A DNA stretch of 64,000 bases from an uncultured virus (IMG/VR IMGVR_UViG_3300044506_000040) (IMGVR_UViG_3300044506_000040); one strand, 5' to 3'. Positions 1 through 9,697 are shown, numbered from the stretch's first letter. The notes: generated from the letters alone by a model not told the origin. Made by a program: numbers and translations.

Positions 1-1220
1 GCAAAAGCCGCATCCACCGTCTGCGTGATCTCCGCCACCCAGCGCGTACCGGCGTTGACATAGTCGACGACGTTGGGCACCTTCAGCGTGATCGCCAGGT
101 TCGAGGCCAGGTCGATGCGACGCGCTTGACCGATCGTGAATTCCGAACGATAACGCTTGACCATTTCGGTCGACATCGAGCCGCTGACCTTGTTGGCCAT
201 GTGACCGACTTGCCACGACGTGAACGCCTTGGTGTCCGTCCACACGAGCTTGCTGACCATCAGCTTGCCCTTGATGATCTTCTCGGCGCTGTTGATCGGA
301 TCGATGTAAGGACGCGCGTATTGGAAACCACGCGGCCAGACTGCACAAGCCAGACCCCATTCGAGGAGCGGCAGATCGTGCGACTGGATCATCGAACGGA
401 TGACGTTCTTGTCCTTCTCTTGCAGCGTCGTGTCGTAGATGTAATCCATCACGAAGTCGAGCAGCACCTGCGAGATGTAGGACGAGGTGTTGGCAAAGGC
501 CAGACCGTTCGTCGTCCGACCCACGACCACTTTCTCGTCGAGCAAACGACGATTGAGTTCGATCATGGCCGAATCCGACGGCGCCTTCACTGAGACCCAG
601 AAACCCGAGTGCCAGAGGGGCACTTGAATCACGTGGCCCAGACCGACTTGCGCACGAATGCGCAGCACAGCCTTTTCACCCGACAGCACGCCGCTGTCGT
701 TGTTGCCGAAGGAGAGGGCACCCATGCGCAGCGGACCACGCTCGGAGTCGACTTGCTGACGCCAGGCCGAACCGTCACGGTCCAACGACTGACGCCACTG
801 GTCACGTGCTGGCACCGAGTTGAGCGACTCTTGCATGTAGCCCGCCCACTCACGACCCGCTTCCGTGCTGGTCGGATCGACGTTGGGCAAACCGTTGATA
901 GCGTCACGCGTACGATCCCGCGTGTCCGCCATCCCGACGATGGTCACATCGCCGTCTTCCCAGTCCTTGCCGAGGCCTGCGAAGACCTCATGATCTTGTT
1001 GCGTGGTTGCCGACGGCGGGAGGTAGCCAATGCCACTCTCTTGCGATTCCGCCTTTTCATCGCCGGCTTTCTGTGCTGCTTCTGCTGCCACTTCCACCGG
1101 GGCAGCTACGGTATCTTCGGGGACAACATCGAAGCCCCCGTTCTGGGCGGGTTGCCCCGCCACCGAGCCGTCGTCTTCCAACACGAGATCGGTTGAAAGA
1201 CCTTGGTTCTCTTGAGTCAT
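1..1220 (-). CDS. phiKZ-like conserved virion structural protein (3' end truncated by window edge)
   Basis: Not in the ORF track. ATG at 1220 opens a frame running off the left end: MTQENQGLSTDLVLEDDG...LRIRAQVGLGHVIQVPLWHSGFWVSVKAPSDSAMIELNRRLLDEK...WGLACAVWPRGF. The VPLWHSGFW motif is one I associate with phiKZ-like structural proteins. Confidence 0.7.
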   Translation of the reverse strand, partial: MTQENQGLSTDLVLEDDGSVAGQPAQNGGFDVVPEDTVAAPVEVAAEAAQKAGDEKAESQESGIGYLPPSATTQQDHEVFAGLGKDWEDGDVTIVGMADTRDRTRDAINGLPNVDPTSTEAGREWAGYMQESLNSVPARDQWRQSLDRDGSAWRQQVDSERGPLRMGALSFGNNDSGVLSGEKAVLRIRAQVGLGHVIQVPLWHSGFWVSVKAPSDSAMIELNRRLLDEKVVVGRTTNGLAFANTSSYISQVLLDFVMDYIYDTTLQEKDKNVIRSMIQSHDLPLLEWGLACAVWPRGFQYARPYIDPINSAEKIIKGKLMVSKLVWTDTKAFTSWQVGHMANKVSGSMSTEMVKRYRSEFTIGQARRIDLASNLAITLKVPNVVDYVNAGTRWVAEITQTVDAAF

Positions 1221-1240
1221 TGTGCTGTGGTCCGTTCTTG

Positions 1241-2167
1241 TTAGACAGCGTGATGTTCGTGCTTGTGGTGCGTGCCATGGTGAGCATGCGCTTCACCTTC
1301 GGGCTTGTGACCCGGGGCGAAGAAGGCAGCCTCATCGATGTGCGCGATGGGACTGTTGGCGCCACGAATTTCCTTCTGGAACGGCGATTCATCCACATGG
1401 ATGATCGAAGGTTGTTCGCCGCGTCCATACTGCTTGGGCGCCGGCACGATATTGGGTTCAGCCGTTTGCACGGCATCTCGGAATTCGACGTCCGTGATCG
1501 TGTTCACGTCGAGGACGCCAGCGTCGACCGTTTCAGCCGGGACTTCAGCGGCAATCATGCCTTCAGCGGCCGCTTGATTGGCTGCATTGCGCTTCAGTTC
1601 TGCTGCGTTGGTCTGTTCGAGGATCTGCATGACGACGGGCTTGACGACCGCATCGTGACGCTCCATCCACAAACGATATTGTTCATAGATGTTGATCGAG
1701 TGGATCAGCTGGTCCTGATCGTCCGTGCCGCCGACCTTGTCAGCGTGCAGCGCGTGCAGGTTCTGGAGCTCGACGTTCATCTGGCCGAGGTCGGCCGCGA
1801 ACTGCTTCACATTCAGATTGAACGTATTGTGGTCGTCCAGATACTGGAGCAGATCCTTGTCGGTCAGGAGCTGCGAAATCATGGTGTGTTGGAACAGGAG
1901 CGAGGTGCACTCGCGATACACGCCCGTGAGGTCATCCCAGCACGTGTTCTTCTGCTGTTCGGGCACGAGGCCCAGGCCCTGGCGGCATTCAGCCAGGATA
2001 CGATCTGCTGGTGACAACTTGAAACCCCCGTCGGTCGCCTTGAAGGCACCGATGTTTGCAGGCGCGTGCTGACGCGGTGTAGCCGGCTTGGCCACGCCCG
2101 AAGCGAGGTCAGCCTGCATCTTCTTCACACGGTCGCGTTGGATCCGGCTTGCGCTCTTCTTCGTCAT
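1241..2167 (-). CDS. conserved jumbo-phage hypothetical protein
   Basis: 308-aa ORF with phage-like codon use, helical core and His-rich C-tail; co-oriented with the neighbouring minus-strand gene. Confidence 0.75.
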   Translation of the reverse strand: MTKKSASRIQRDRVKKMQADLASGVAKPATPRQHAPANIGAFKATDGGFKLSPADRILAECRQGLGLVPEQQKNTCWDDLTGVYRECTSLLFQHTMISQLLTDKDLLQYLDDHNTFNLNVKQFAADLGQMNVELQNLHALHADKVGGTDDQDQLIHSINIYEQYRLWMERHDAVVKPVVMQILEQTNAAELKRNAANQAAAEGMIAAEVPAETVDAGVLDVNTITDVEFRDAVQTAEPNIVPAPKQYGRGEQPSIIHVDESPFQKEIRGANSPIAHIDEAAFFAPGHKPEGEAHAHHGTHHKHEHHAV

Positions 2168-2345
2168 GATACTGCCCTGCCTATTAGTTTGAATTGGTCC
2201 AATTGGTTCGATTCATCATTTGACACGTTACGACTATCGACCCCGATGACTCGTGACATACCGAAAGTGTATGTAAACGGTATATCCCGCTACAGCATGC
2301 GCGACATCGGTATTAAAATACATTTTTTACTATCACAGAGAAAAC

Positions 2346-3245
2346 ATGCTCGATATCCTGCAAAGTGCGCTGACCGCCACGAATTCGCCTGAGTTCGTCG
2401 AGATGATTCGCGAAGCCCATGCGAGCCTGGACCTGTTCATCAACGATGACTACCAGGGCGACTTCGTCCAGCTGCTCATGCTCGACGATGCAGTCGATCA
2501 GGGCGAGACGTCCAACAACGTCTACGAAACCACCCGGAACTATCAGATCCAGGTGCTCAAGCAACTGGGCATCGAGGTCGACCCCGAGATTCGGGTTGAA
2601 CACCTCACGCGCTTCCTCACCGGTATCCACAGTGTGGAAGCCTCGGACGATCCGGCCAAGGTGCTGGAGCGTGCTGCCCTCGAGCTCCATCCAACGGAAC
2701 TCCTCGCCGAGATCCTGGCCTCATGCACTGCCACGCCTCCGGAAGAATGGCTGGTTGATTTGCATGACGTGTCCCAGCGGACCATCGTGCGCATCATCGA
2801 ACTGGCGAGCCAAGCCAACGCCTTCAAGGAAGGCGAGAAGGAACACGAGGATCACCGCGGTCCGTACGTGAAAGCCTTCAAGGACTTCAAGGCCTCGCTG
2901 CGCTTCAAGGACGGCAAGATGGCGCCGACCACGAACGTGCTCATCCTCATGGACCGTTACTTCAATGAAGGCATGGACGTGGGGTATCCGTTCGTCGTCT
3001 ACATGAACCTGACGGGCGAAACGGTGGCCACGCTCGAAGACGTCGAGTGCGCCGCCAACCTCATCTGCTGTGCGCTCGTCTCCACGGACGGCAATGCCAG
3101 CCCGCGCGCGATTATCGAATCGCATCTGGAACATTACATCGTCGACCTGGACAAGCTCACGCGTGTCTCGATCGCGGTGAACGATCTGCTCCTGCGCTAC
3201 CAAACCTATCTCACTACGGGAGTGAAGACAAATGCATCGTCGTGA
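2346..3245 (+). CDS. putative virion structural protein (phiKZ gp79-like position)
   Basis: 299-aa ORF directly upstream of and overlapping the vRNAP beta' gene; assignment by synteny. Confidence 0.6.
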   Translation: MLDILQSALTATNSPEFVEMIREAHASLDLFINDDYQGDFVQLLMLDDAVDQGETSNNVYETTRNYQIQVLKQLGIEVDPEIRVEHLTRFLTGIHSVEASDDPAKVLERAALELHPTELLAEILASCTATPPEEWLVDLHDVSQRTIVRIIELASQANAFKEGEKEHEDHRGPYVKAFKDFKASLRFKDGKMAPTTNVLILMDRYFNEGMDVGYPFVVYMNLTGETVATLEDVECAANLICCALVSTDGNASPRAIIESHLEHYIVDLDKLTRVSIAVNDLLLRYQTYLTTGVKTNASS

Positions 3246-4578
3246 ATTCTTCCTGAAGGCCATGAAGGCTGGGGAGTACAAGCGTAAGGCTTGGGTCATC
3301 TCCGCCTTCAGCCTGGTGAAGGAGATCCCGGACCAGTGGAAGAAGGAACCGTATCCGTATCGCATCGTGCAGACGCCCGCGGGTCACTTCTTCATCGACC
3401 CGGACAAGGGTGGTGCGCTCTCGATGCTCGAGGACGCCCCGGCTGGTCAACCGCCATTCGCCTTCAAGGACTCGGTGGACATCAAGCACGGTGAGGTCGA
3501 GAACCTCTACGACGCGGAAGTCACCACGAGCTACGGCAACATCCTCTTCAACTACACCTGTCTCATCTGGCCGTTTGGCAACAAGGTGAAGTACAAGGTC
3601 GGTCGGGTGAATGCCGAGAAGATCGAGCAAGAGCTCCTGAACCGGGTGGTGGAAACGAATCCGTCCACGCACCAGATGCCCATGGGGATTGTGCATGCTC
3701 CGCCCGTGGGTGAAGGCACGGACGCTCCCCTGACCGTCTCGGAGTACGTGAAGTTCTGTGACGCGATGTTCCACTTGGCAGGCTACACGCAGCTGTGTGT
3801 GCCGGCGAAGACCGCCAAGGAAATGGTGGCCCCGCCTGGCATCAAGGAACTGCGCGAGAAGCTCCTGAAAGAGAACAAGGGTCGCCTGCACGATCCGGCT
3901 GTGATTGCCGCGATCATGAAGCAACTCATTGCCTACGACAAGGAATACCTCAAGGGCGATGAAGCGGAGAACTTCCTGATCAAGGATAAGTTCTTCGACG
4001 TGGTGCGCTCCAAGGTGTTCCTGATGCACGGTGCGGAGTTCGGCTTCGGTGAAGGCGGGATGGATCTCATCGACACCTCGCTCTCGGAGACCTGGAACGT
4101 CGAGAAGTTCCCCGCGATGATGGACAGCCTGCGGGCGGGTTCGTACAACCGCGGTGCTGAAACGATGCTCGGTGGTGAAGCCGTGAAGTGGCTGCTGCGC
4201 GCGTCTTCGAACATGGTCATCACCAAGGCCGACTGTGGTACCAAGCTGGGCCTGCCGATGCTCGTCGACAAGAAGAACGTCTACAAGCTGCCGGGCTTCT
4301 CGGTCGTCACCCAAGCGGGCCATGAGAAAGTCAACTCGCCCCAGGATGCTGAGAAGTATCTGGGAAAACACATCATGCTTCGCAGTCCGATGTTCTGCAA
4401 TTTGGACAAAACTGACTACTGCGCAACATGTGTGGGAGATCGACTTTCCGTCAATCCGACGGCACTCTCGTCGGCGATCTCTGAATACGGCTCGACCTTC
4501 ATGCTGATCTCGATGAAGGCCATGCACGGCAAGTCCCTGCAAACGCGTCGGATGAATTACCAAACCGCACTGATGTAA
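3232..4578 (+). CDS. virion RNA polymerase beta' subunit, C-terminal fragment (phiKZ gp80-like)
   Basis: Beta' motifs ADCGTKLG and LRSPMFC...DYCATCVG (Zn site), plus RAGSYNRGAETMLGG. Confidence 0.85.
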   Translation: MHRREFFLKAMKAGEYKRKAWVISAFSLVKEIPDQWKKEPYPYRIVQTPAGHFFIDPDKGGALSMLEDAPAGQPPFAFKDSVDIKHGEVENLYDAEVTTSYGNILFNYTCLIWPFGNKVKYKVGRVNAEKIEQELLNRVVETNPSTHQMPMGIVHAPPVGEGTDAPLTVSEYVKFCDAMFHLAGYTQLCVPAKTAKEMVAPPGIKELREKLLKENKGRLHDPAVIAAIMKQLIAYDKEYLKGDEAENFLIKDKFFDVVRSKVFLMHGAEFGFGEGGMDLIDTSLSETWNVEKFPAMMDSLRAGSYNRGAETMLGGEAVKWLLRASSNMVITKADCGTKLGLPMLVDKKNVYKLPGFSVVTQAGHEKVNSPQDAEKYLGKHIMLRSPMFCNLDKTDYCATCVGDRLSVNPTALSSAISEYGSTFMLISMKAMHGKSLQTRRMNYQTALM

Positions 4579-4600
4579 CTCCAACCTGGAAAATATAGCA

Positions 4601-5815
4601 ATGAGCGAAGAACAGAAACAAGGTATTGTGGTCAACCCGTTCCACCACGCTGGCGCGGAAGCTCCGCAAGGCGGTGCACAGGGAAACGTGGGAACGTCGT
4701 CCGCGCAAGCTTCGGACAGCGCGGCGACGATCGCAGTGCAGACGCCCCAGCAGCAAGGCCAGGAAATCCTGAACGCACAGGGCTCGCCGATCAGCCAGCC
4801 CGCCCCCGTCGCCTCCACCTTGCCCAACGTCCCGACGGCATCTGCGGACACTTCATGCTCGGGCGAATCGTCACAATCGACCTCCCCGGCTAACGGCGAC
4901 GGCACTCCCTCGGTCGGTCAAGCCACGCCGGAAGGCGTGTCGTGGGTGAAGAAGATCGAAGGTGCAATCGAAGGCGAAGTCGCGAAGATCGAAGGCGCCA
5001 TTGAAGGTGCGGTCGAAGGCGCGGAAAACGCCGTGAAGAATGTCGTGCAAGAAGTCAAGGACGTGATCCAGGGCAACGCCGCCGCCAACGTGCCGCAAAC
5101 GCCGGCCGCTCCGGTCGTCACGGGCACCATCGTCAGCAACAACGCCAACGGCGCGGGCACGCTCCCGCAAGTCGCCAACAGCGCCAACGGTCTCAAGACC
5201 CTGGTGCCGCAGCAACCCAACCCGGACTTCAAGGGTTCGCCCTCGCCGGTCACGAACGTACTCGGCACGCAAGACCGCTCGCTGAAGGTCGAAGCGCCGG
5301 CTGTCGTCGCGAAGGAAGAAGCCGTCGTGCTGCCGGCCGTGCAAACGGGCATCAGCGAAGTCGACCAGATCGTCGAGAAGCTCATGTCGGGCGCCTCGAT
5401 GGAAGCGCAGATCATCGTCAACACGATCAAGGAATACATCGTGAAGATGAAGCCGGGCAAGCCGATCGCGCAGAAGGACGGCATCCTGCAACAGGTCGGC
5501 TTCTACAACGCGCTGCTGTCGGCGATCAACAACCTCGAAGGCGACTTCCGTCCGACGATGCAAGCGATCCTCGCACTGCTCCATCACCACCGTGAAGGCG
5601 CGTTCAAGGAAACGCACGTGTTCCGCTTCGTCGAGCACATCCCGCTGTCGACCGACCATCGTTTCGGCTTCCGCAAGATCATCACGCTCCTGAAGACGCT
5701 CGCGAATCCGCAAACGCGTCAACAGCTCGTCCACCAGATCCACTTCGAGAACATCACGAAGTACGGTCTGAGCGAGCGCGGCCGCGTGAAGCTTGCTGCC
5801 TTCTTCGGCAAGTAA
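4601..5815 (+). CDS. hypothetical protein with low-complexity N-terminus and conserved helical C-terminal domain
   Basis: 404-aa ORF; Q/P/A/S-rich N-half with IEGA(I/V)EG repeats; C-terminal YIVKMKPGKP...FKETHVFRF domain. Confidence 0.75.
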   Translation: MSEEQKQGIVVNPFHHAGAEAPQGGAQGNVGTSSAQASDSAATIAVQTPQQQGQEILNAQGSPISQPAPVASTLPNVPTASADTSCSGESSQSTSPANGDGTPSVGQATPEGVSWVKKIEGAIEGEVAKIEGAIEGAVEGAENAVKNVVQEVKDVIQGNAAANVPQTPAAPVVTGTIVSNNANGAGTLPQVANSANGLKTLVPQQPNPDFKGSPSPVTNVLGTQDRSLKVEAPAVVAKEEAVVLPAVQTGISEVDQIVEKLMSGASMEAQIIVNTIKEYIVKMKPGKPIAQKDGILQQVGFYNALLSAINNLEGDFRPTMQAILALLHHHREGAFKETHVFRFVEHIPLSTDHRFGFRKIITLLKTLANPQTRQQLVHQIHFENITKYGLSERGRVKLAAFFGK

Positions 5816-5988
5816 TGGAAGCCCTGCGAGTACCGGTACCAGTCGAGGCTGAGAGCCCCGCCCCGGTGCTCAGCTTAGTGCCCCCGAAACGGCACTGGAC
5901 CGATGGCCTGGTTCGATGCTGGTGGTGTTGCCACTGGAAAGAAAGAGAAGCCGTCTGTTGTACGGTGGAGAGCAAACTCAACCTGTAG
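5815..5988 (+). CDS. small Cys/Trp-rich protein (57 aa)
   Basis: TAATG overlap with the upstream stop; MEALRVPV...RCWWCCHWKEREAVCCTVESKLNL. Confidence 0.4.
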   Translation: MEALRVPVPVEAESPAPVLSLVPPKRHWTDGLVRCWWCCHWKEREAVCCTVESKLNL

Positions 5989-6030
5989 GAGGCAATCGTG
6001 ACATAGTGAACCTTAACAAGGAAACCTGTC

Positions 6031-6204
6031 ATGAAAGCAAAGTCGTTTTGTCATCGCATCTTCTCGTACGGCCCGGGTGGTTGGAAGTGCCAGTGCTGCG
6101 GCCCGGCACCGAAGAAACGCCAGCAGGAACGGCGTCGCCTGCGCCGTATCGAGGCGCGCTTGATCAACAAAATCGAGCGCATTGAGCAGACGAAGGACGA
6201 GTAA
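6031..6204 (+). CDS. small basic Cys-motif protein (57 aa)
   Basis: AAGGA SD; MKAKSFCHRIFSYGPGGWKCQCCGPAPKKRQQERRRLRRIEAR... Confidence 0.65.
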   Translation: MKAKSFCHRIFSYGPGGWKCQCCGPAPKKRQQERRRLRRIEARLINKIERIEQTKDE

Positions 6205-6319
6205 CCCCGACCCTCACTTATCCTGTGAGCACCCTCAACATCAGGGCCCTCTAAACCGGGTTCCTGATGTTGAGGGTTTTACTCCGTCTACTTGATTTTT
6301 GTCTCTCAGGATTACAACC

Positions 6320-7153
6320 ATGAGCGCTTTGCCGGCTGGGACCACCGTCGCATATACCAAACTCATTCAACGCGCGATCAACGAAAAGACTGGCGCCAAT
6401 CTGACCGCGGATGGTCAGTTCGGTCCGAAGTCTGTCGCTGCTCTCTGCACGTATCAGCATCTGTGCAACCTGCCTGTCACCGGTGTCTATGACGCCGCCA
6501 CAGCAGCCCTTGCAGCGCCTTTCATCGCTGGCAAGTACCTGACCCTTGCCGCGTACCAGCAAGCCGCTCAAGAGCTCGGTACGGACGCCGCAACCGTTGA
6601 AACCGTCTGCCAGGTCGAGACCTCGGGCGCAGGCTTCTTCAACGACGGCTCGGTCACGATCCTCTTCGAACGCGCACAGTTCTACCGCACGTTGCTTACC
6701 GTTCTCCCGCAAGCTACCGTCACCCAGATCGTCGCAGCCAACCCGCTGCTCTGCAACACGACGCCTGGTGGCTATCAAGGTGGCCCGGCTGAACACCAGC
6801 GCCTCAAGGCCGCTCAAGCAATCTGCACGCAGTACGGTGTGTCGCCTGACCTCGCGCTGCGTTGCGCGTCGTGGGGCCTGTTCCAGATCATGGGCTACTA
6901 CTACATCCAGTGCGGCTTCTCGAACATCGAGGACTTCACCAATGCGATGGCGGTCAACGAGCAGAACCAGCTCGAAGCGTTCGTGACCTACCTGAAGGAC
7001 ATGAATGGCGGCCACATGCTGCAAGCGCTCGTGACCCACAACTGGGTGAGCTTCGCGCAGCAGTACAACGGTGTGAATGAACACGCCCAGAATGCTTACG
7101 ACGATAAGCTCGCAGCGGCTTACCAGAATCTGATCGCGCATCCGATGTTCTAA
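6320..7153 (+). CDS. endolysin: peptidoglycan-binding domain + N-acetylmuramidase (DUF3380-type)
   Basis: N-terminal ADGQFGPKS PG-binding motif; VETSGAGF, ILFERAQF, ASWGLFQIMG, FAQQYNG, YDDKLA motifs. Confidence 0.9.
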   Translation: MSALPAGTTVAYTKLIQRAINEKTGANLTADGQFGPKSVAALCTYQHLCNLPVTGVYDAATAALAAPFIAGKYLTLAAYQQAAQELGTDAATVETVCQVETSGAGFFNDGSVTILFERAQFYRTLLTVLPQATVTQIVAANPLLCNTTPGGYQGGPAEHQRLKAAQAICTQYGVSPDLALRCASWGLFQIMGYYYIQCGFSNIEDFTNAMAVNEQNQLEAFVTYLKDMNGGHMLQALVTHNWVSFAQQYNGVNEHAQNAYDDKLAAAYQNLIAHPMF

Positions 7154-7162
7154 ACGCGCCGA

Positions 7163-7204
7163 GACGGCATAAAGGCCCGGGGTGACCCGGGCTTCTATGC
7201 TGTT
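7163..7204. terminator. bidirectional hairpin with GGCATA/TATGC flanks
   Basis: gacggcata-aaggcccggg-gtga-cccgggc-ttc-tatgctgtt between convergent genes. Confidence 0.7.
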
Positions 7205-7208
7205 CGCT

Positions 7209-7412
7209 TTACAGCGTGGCTTGGAGCACGTTGGCAATCGACTGATGGAACTGTACCTGATCCAAATGCTTCTGGAGCAGCTTGTTGCCGTCCTTCACAC
7301 GGGGATCACTGTTCATCTTCTTGATCGCTTCCATGTGATGCGCTACCTGAGAGACGTGCCAGTCGTACACGTCACGCGGGGTCTTGATGACTACTTGGGC
7401 AAGCTTGATCAT
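7209..7412 (-). CDS. small hypothetical protein, WH...FH paralogue 3
   Basis: MIKLAQVVIKTPRDVYDWHVSQ...QFHQSIANVLQATL (67 aa). Confidence 0.6.
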   Translation of the reverse strand: MIKLAQVVIKTPRDVYDWHVSQVAHHMEAIKKMNSDPRVKDGNKLLQKHLDQVQFHQSIANVLQATL

Positions 7413-7668
7413 TTTCAGGTACCGGTGCTGGGCCAGAAGGAGCCCGGAGTTGCTCGAGCGCGCTTTGCAAGATCTTCGAGATACGTTGGTGAAAGACGAT
7501 CTTCTTCCGATCCATGCGTTGCATGCGTTGGATCTGTCTCGGGAAGCCCGCATACCTCGGGTCCGTCGGGCGCGATGCAAACCGCGTCTGCTCCCGCTCC
7601 AGCTGGGTGAGGTGCCAGTCCAACACATCCTCCAGGTCCCGCAAGGGGACGTTTATTTGCGAACACAT
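7372..7668 (-). CDS. small hypothetical protein, WH...FH paralogue 2
   Basis: GAGGACAAGGAG directly upstream; MCSQINVPLRDLEDVLDWHLTQ...VFHQRISKILQ. Confidence 0.6.
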   Translation of the reverse strand: MCSQINVPLRDLEDVLDWHLTQLEREQTRFASRPTDPRYAGFPRQIQRMQRMDRKKIVFHQRISKILQSALEQLRAPSGPAPVPENDQACPSSHQDPA

Positions 7669-7894
7669 CTCCTTGTCCTCTCGCAACAATTGCATTGGCA
7701 CAGACCGTTTCCGCCATCCGGTGAAAGGTGGCCTTGCGATAATCCCCGCGCACCACACTTTCCCCATAGCGACCAAGAGGCTCGTACTTCTTCCTGTGCT
7801 CCTCAGCCAGATTCTCAAAGCGGGACGCTTGCTGCGCGTGCCAGGTCATGAGATCCTCCAGCGAGTGCATCGGGATCTCAACCATCTTCTTCAT
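7415..7894 (-). CDS. small hypothetical protein, WH...FH paralogue 1
   Basis: MKKMVEIPMHSLEDLMTWHAQQ...TFHRMAETV; starts 3 nt after the polymerase stop. Confidence 0.6.
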   Translation of the reverse strand: MKKMVEIPMHSLEDLMTWHAQQASRFENLAEEHRKKYEPLGRYGESVVRGDYRKATFHRMAETVCANAIVARGQGDVFANKRPLAGPGGCVGLAPHPAGAGADAVCIAPDGPEVCGLPETDPTHATHGSEEDRLSPTYLEDLAKRARATPGSFWPSTGT

Positions 7895-7897
7895 TAC

Positions 7898-9697
7898 TTA
7901 ATCCTCGTCATCATCCCCTTCATCTTCGTCATCGAGTGCATCGCCGAAGGTATCGTCCCCGCCTTCAATGCGCGCGAGATTACGGTAGAACGGAATCGTG
8001 AAGTGCTGACCCACGGTCGGCGCGAACGCACCCAACCAGGTATCGAGAGTTGGCATACCAAAGAGGTCCGTGCAGAACTCGATGGCGTTACTGTAGCCGC
8101 CGGAGAAGTTGATCCCTTGCAGGCGTTGCGTGCGATTGCTCACACCCTCAATGGAGATCATTTCCTTCTTGGTGGTCTCCTTGCTGATGTTGTACACACA
8201 CTCGCCGTTCGGGTAAGACGCCGAGACGTCCAAGTCTCCCACGTGAAGCCGAATGTTGGTGCGCAGGTGCGGATCTTCCTCGATCACCTGAACCCCATTG
8301 TCCGCTACCAAGTGTGCCGGTAGTGTGACGATCCAGCCCCCCAGCTTAGTTGTCATCGCGTCGAAGTCAGACTTGATCAAGTCCGACGTTATACCGATCA
8401 CCTTGCCGTGGTCCAGACAGAAATAGTGCAGCTTGTCGACGAGCCGGCGCGGCTGCGAGTTGAAGTTACTGAAGTCCGTCCATTCCGCAAACGACGGCAT
8501 GGTCAGACGCAAGTCCTTCGTCTCTTCGTCGAGGATCTCCATGCCGATACAGTCGAACGCGTTGTAGATCACGTATTCGAGCTTGTGCTTCGTCTGCATG
8601 AATTTGTGCCAGTCGATCCCGCGCAGGTGAGCGCCTTCTTCGAACTTGAGCTTGCGCACCTTGCCCTTGAACGTCTTGTTCAGAATCGCATCAAGGGAAT
8701 AGGACGGATCCTTGCCCTTTTGGGAGCGTAGGTTCCAGTACACGCACATCGCGTCAATGAAGTAGAACGAGGCCGGACAGAAGACCGTGTGCCACTGCGC
8801 TTGAGGCGGAATCGGCATCTTCTTGTTCGATGCCGTCACCTTCATGTTCGGTCCCTTCTTGTAACGGAAGAACCGATAGTCGAGCGGCACTGCCGGATCG
8901 CAGAAGATGTCCTCAGGGCGCCAGCCGCTGCGCTCACAGGCTTTCAACATCTTGGACATATCGAAGTCGATGTTCCAGATGGCCATGAAGTCAGGCTTCC
9001 ATTCATGGGCTTTCTTAAAGCAGGCCCGGATGACATCGATCTCACAATCGACGACTTCCAATGACCACTTGATGTTGCGGTCGGCGTAGACGTCCCCGAT
9101 GTGTTTATCGAAGAGCTCTTGCAGACGGCGATCCACCATGGCAAAGCCTTCGAGGAAGGACTTCTGCACAGCGGTCACCACGCGATCCCGGTAAGAGATC
9201 GTCGCCATCGTAATCTGGTCGGTACCGTTCACCACGTCCGTTTCCACGTCGAATGCGGCGACGTCATAAACGGCGTTCATGCCCGGGTACTTATCGATGT
9301 ACGCTTTCTTGACCACGCACGTCGAGAGCAAGTCCACACCGTACAGGTACGGGGACTTACGGAGTTCACGCGGATCGCCCTTGTGCCAGAGCATGCCGAG
9401 GGACTTCTTGATTGTGAAGTCGAGTTCGGATTGGGTCGTGTCAAACCGGTCCAGCTTGACGATATCTTCCCATTCCTTGGGATCCTGGTGGTTCTGGTAT
9501 CCCTTCTTCGTGCGCCAAATCGGGCGCTTGTAATTCTTGATCATGCGGACAGCCGGCTCAGTCGAGCCATCCGTCTTGTGGATCGTTTCTTTCACGAGAT
9601 GATAATCATCTCGCATGCCTTTAGGAGGCGGGCAATACACTGCAAACTTGCATTGATACCCCTTCACTCCGTCCGGGAGAGCTACGACTTCACTCAT
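7898..9697 (-). CDS. split family B DNA polymerase, exonuclease-containing subunit (phiKZ gp82-like)
   Basis: ExoI FDVET, ExoII WNIDFD, ExoIII YNAFD, and polB motif A DLDVSASYP near the C-terminus. Confidence 0.85.
   Translation of the reverse strand: MSEVVALPDGVKGYQCKFAVYCPPPKGMRDDYHLVKETIHKTDGSTEPAVRMIKNYKRPIWRTKKGYQNHQDPKEWEDIVKLDRFDTTQSELDFTIKKSLGMLWHKGDPRELRKSPYLYGVDLLSTCVVKKAYIDKYPGMNAVYDVAAFDVETDVVNGTDQITMATISYRDRVVTAVQKSFLEGFAMVDRRLQELFDKHIGDVYADRNIKWSLEVVDCEIDVIRACFKKAHEWKPDFMAIWNIDFDMSKMLKACERSGWRPEDIFCDPAVPLDYRFFRYKKGPNMKVTASNKKMPIPPQAQWHTVFCPASFYFIDAMCVYWNLRSQKGKDPSYSLDAILNKTFKGKVRKLKFEEGAHLRGIDWHKFMQTKHKLEYVIYNAFDCIGMEILDEETKDLRLTMPSFAEWTDFSNFNSQPRRLVDKLHYFCLDHGKVIGITSDLIKSDFDAMTTKLGGWIVTLPAHLVADNGVQVIEEDPHLRTNIRLHVGDLDVSASYPNGECVYNISKETTKKEMISIEGVSNRTQRLQGINFSGGYSNAIEFCTDLFGMPTLDTWLGAFAPTVGQHFTIPFYRNLARIEGGDDTFGDALDDEDEGDDDED

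Noticed and set aside
5895..5935. tRNA-like GGTTCGA
   Set aside because: No cloverleaf or acceptor stem can be built
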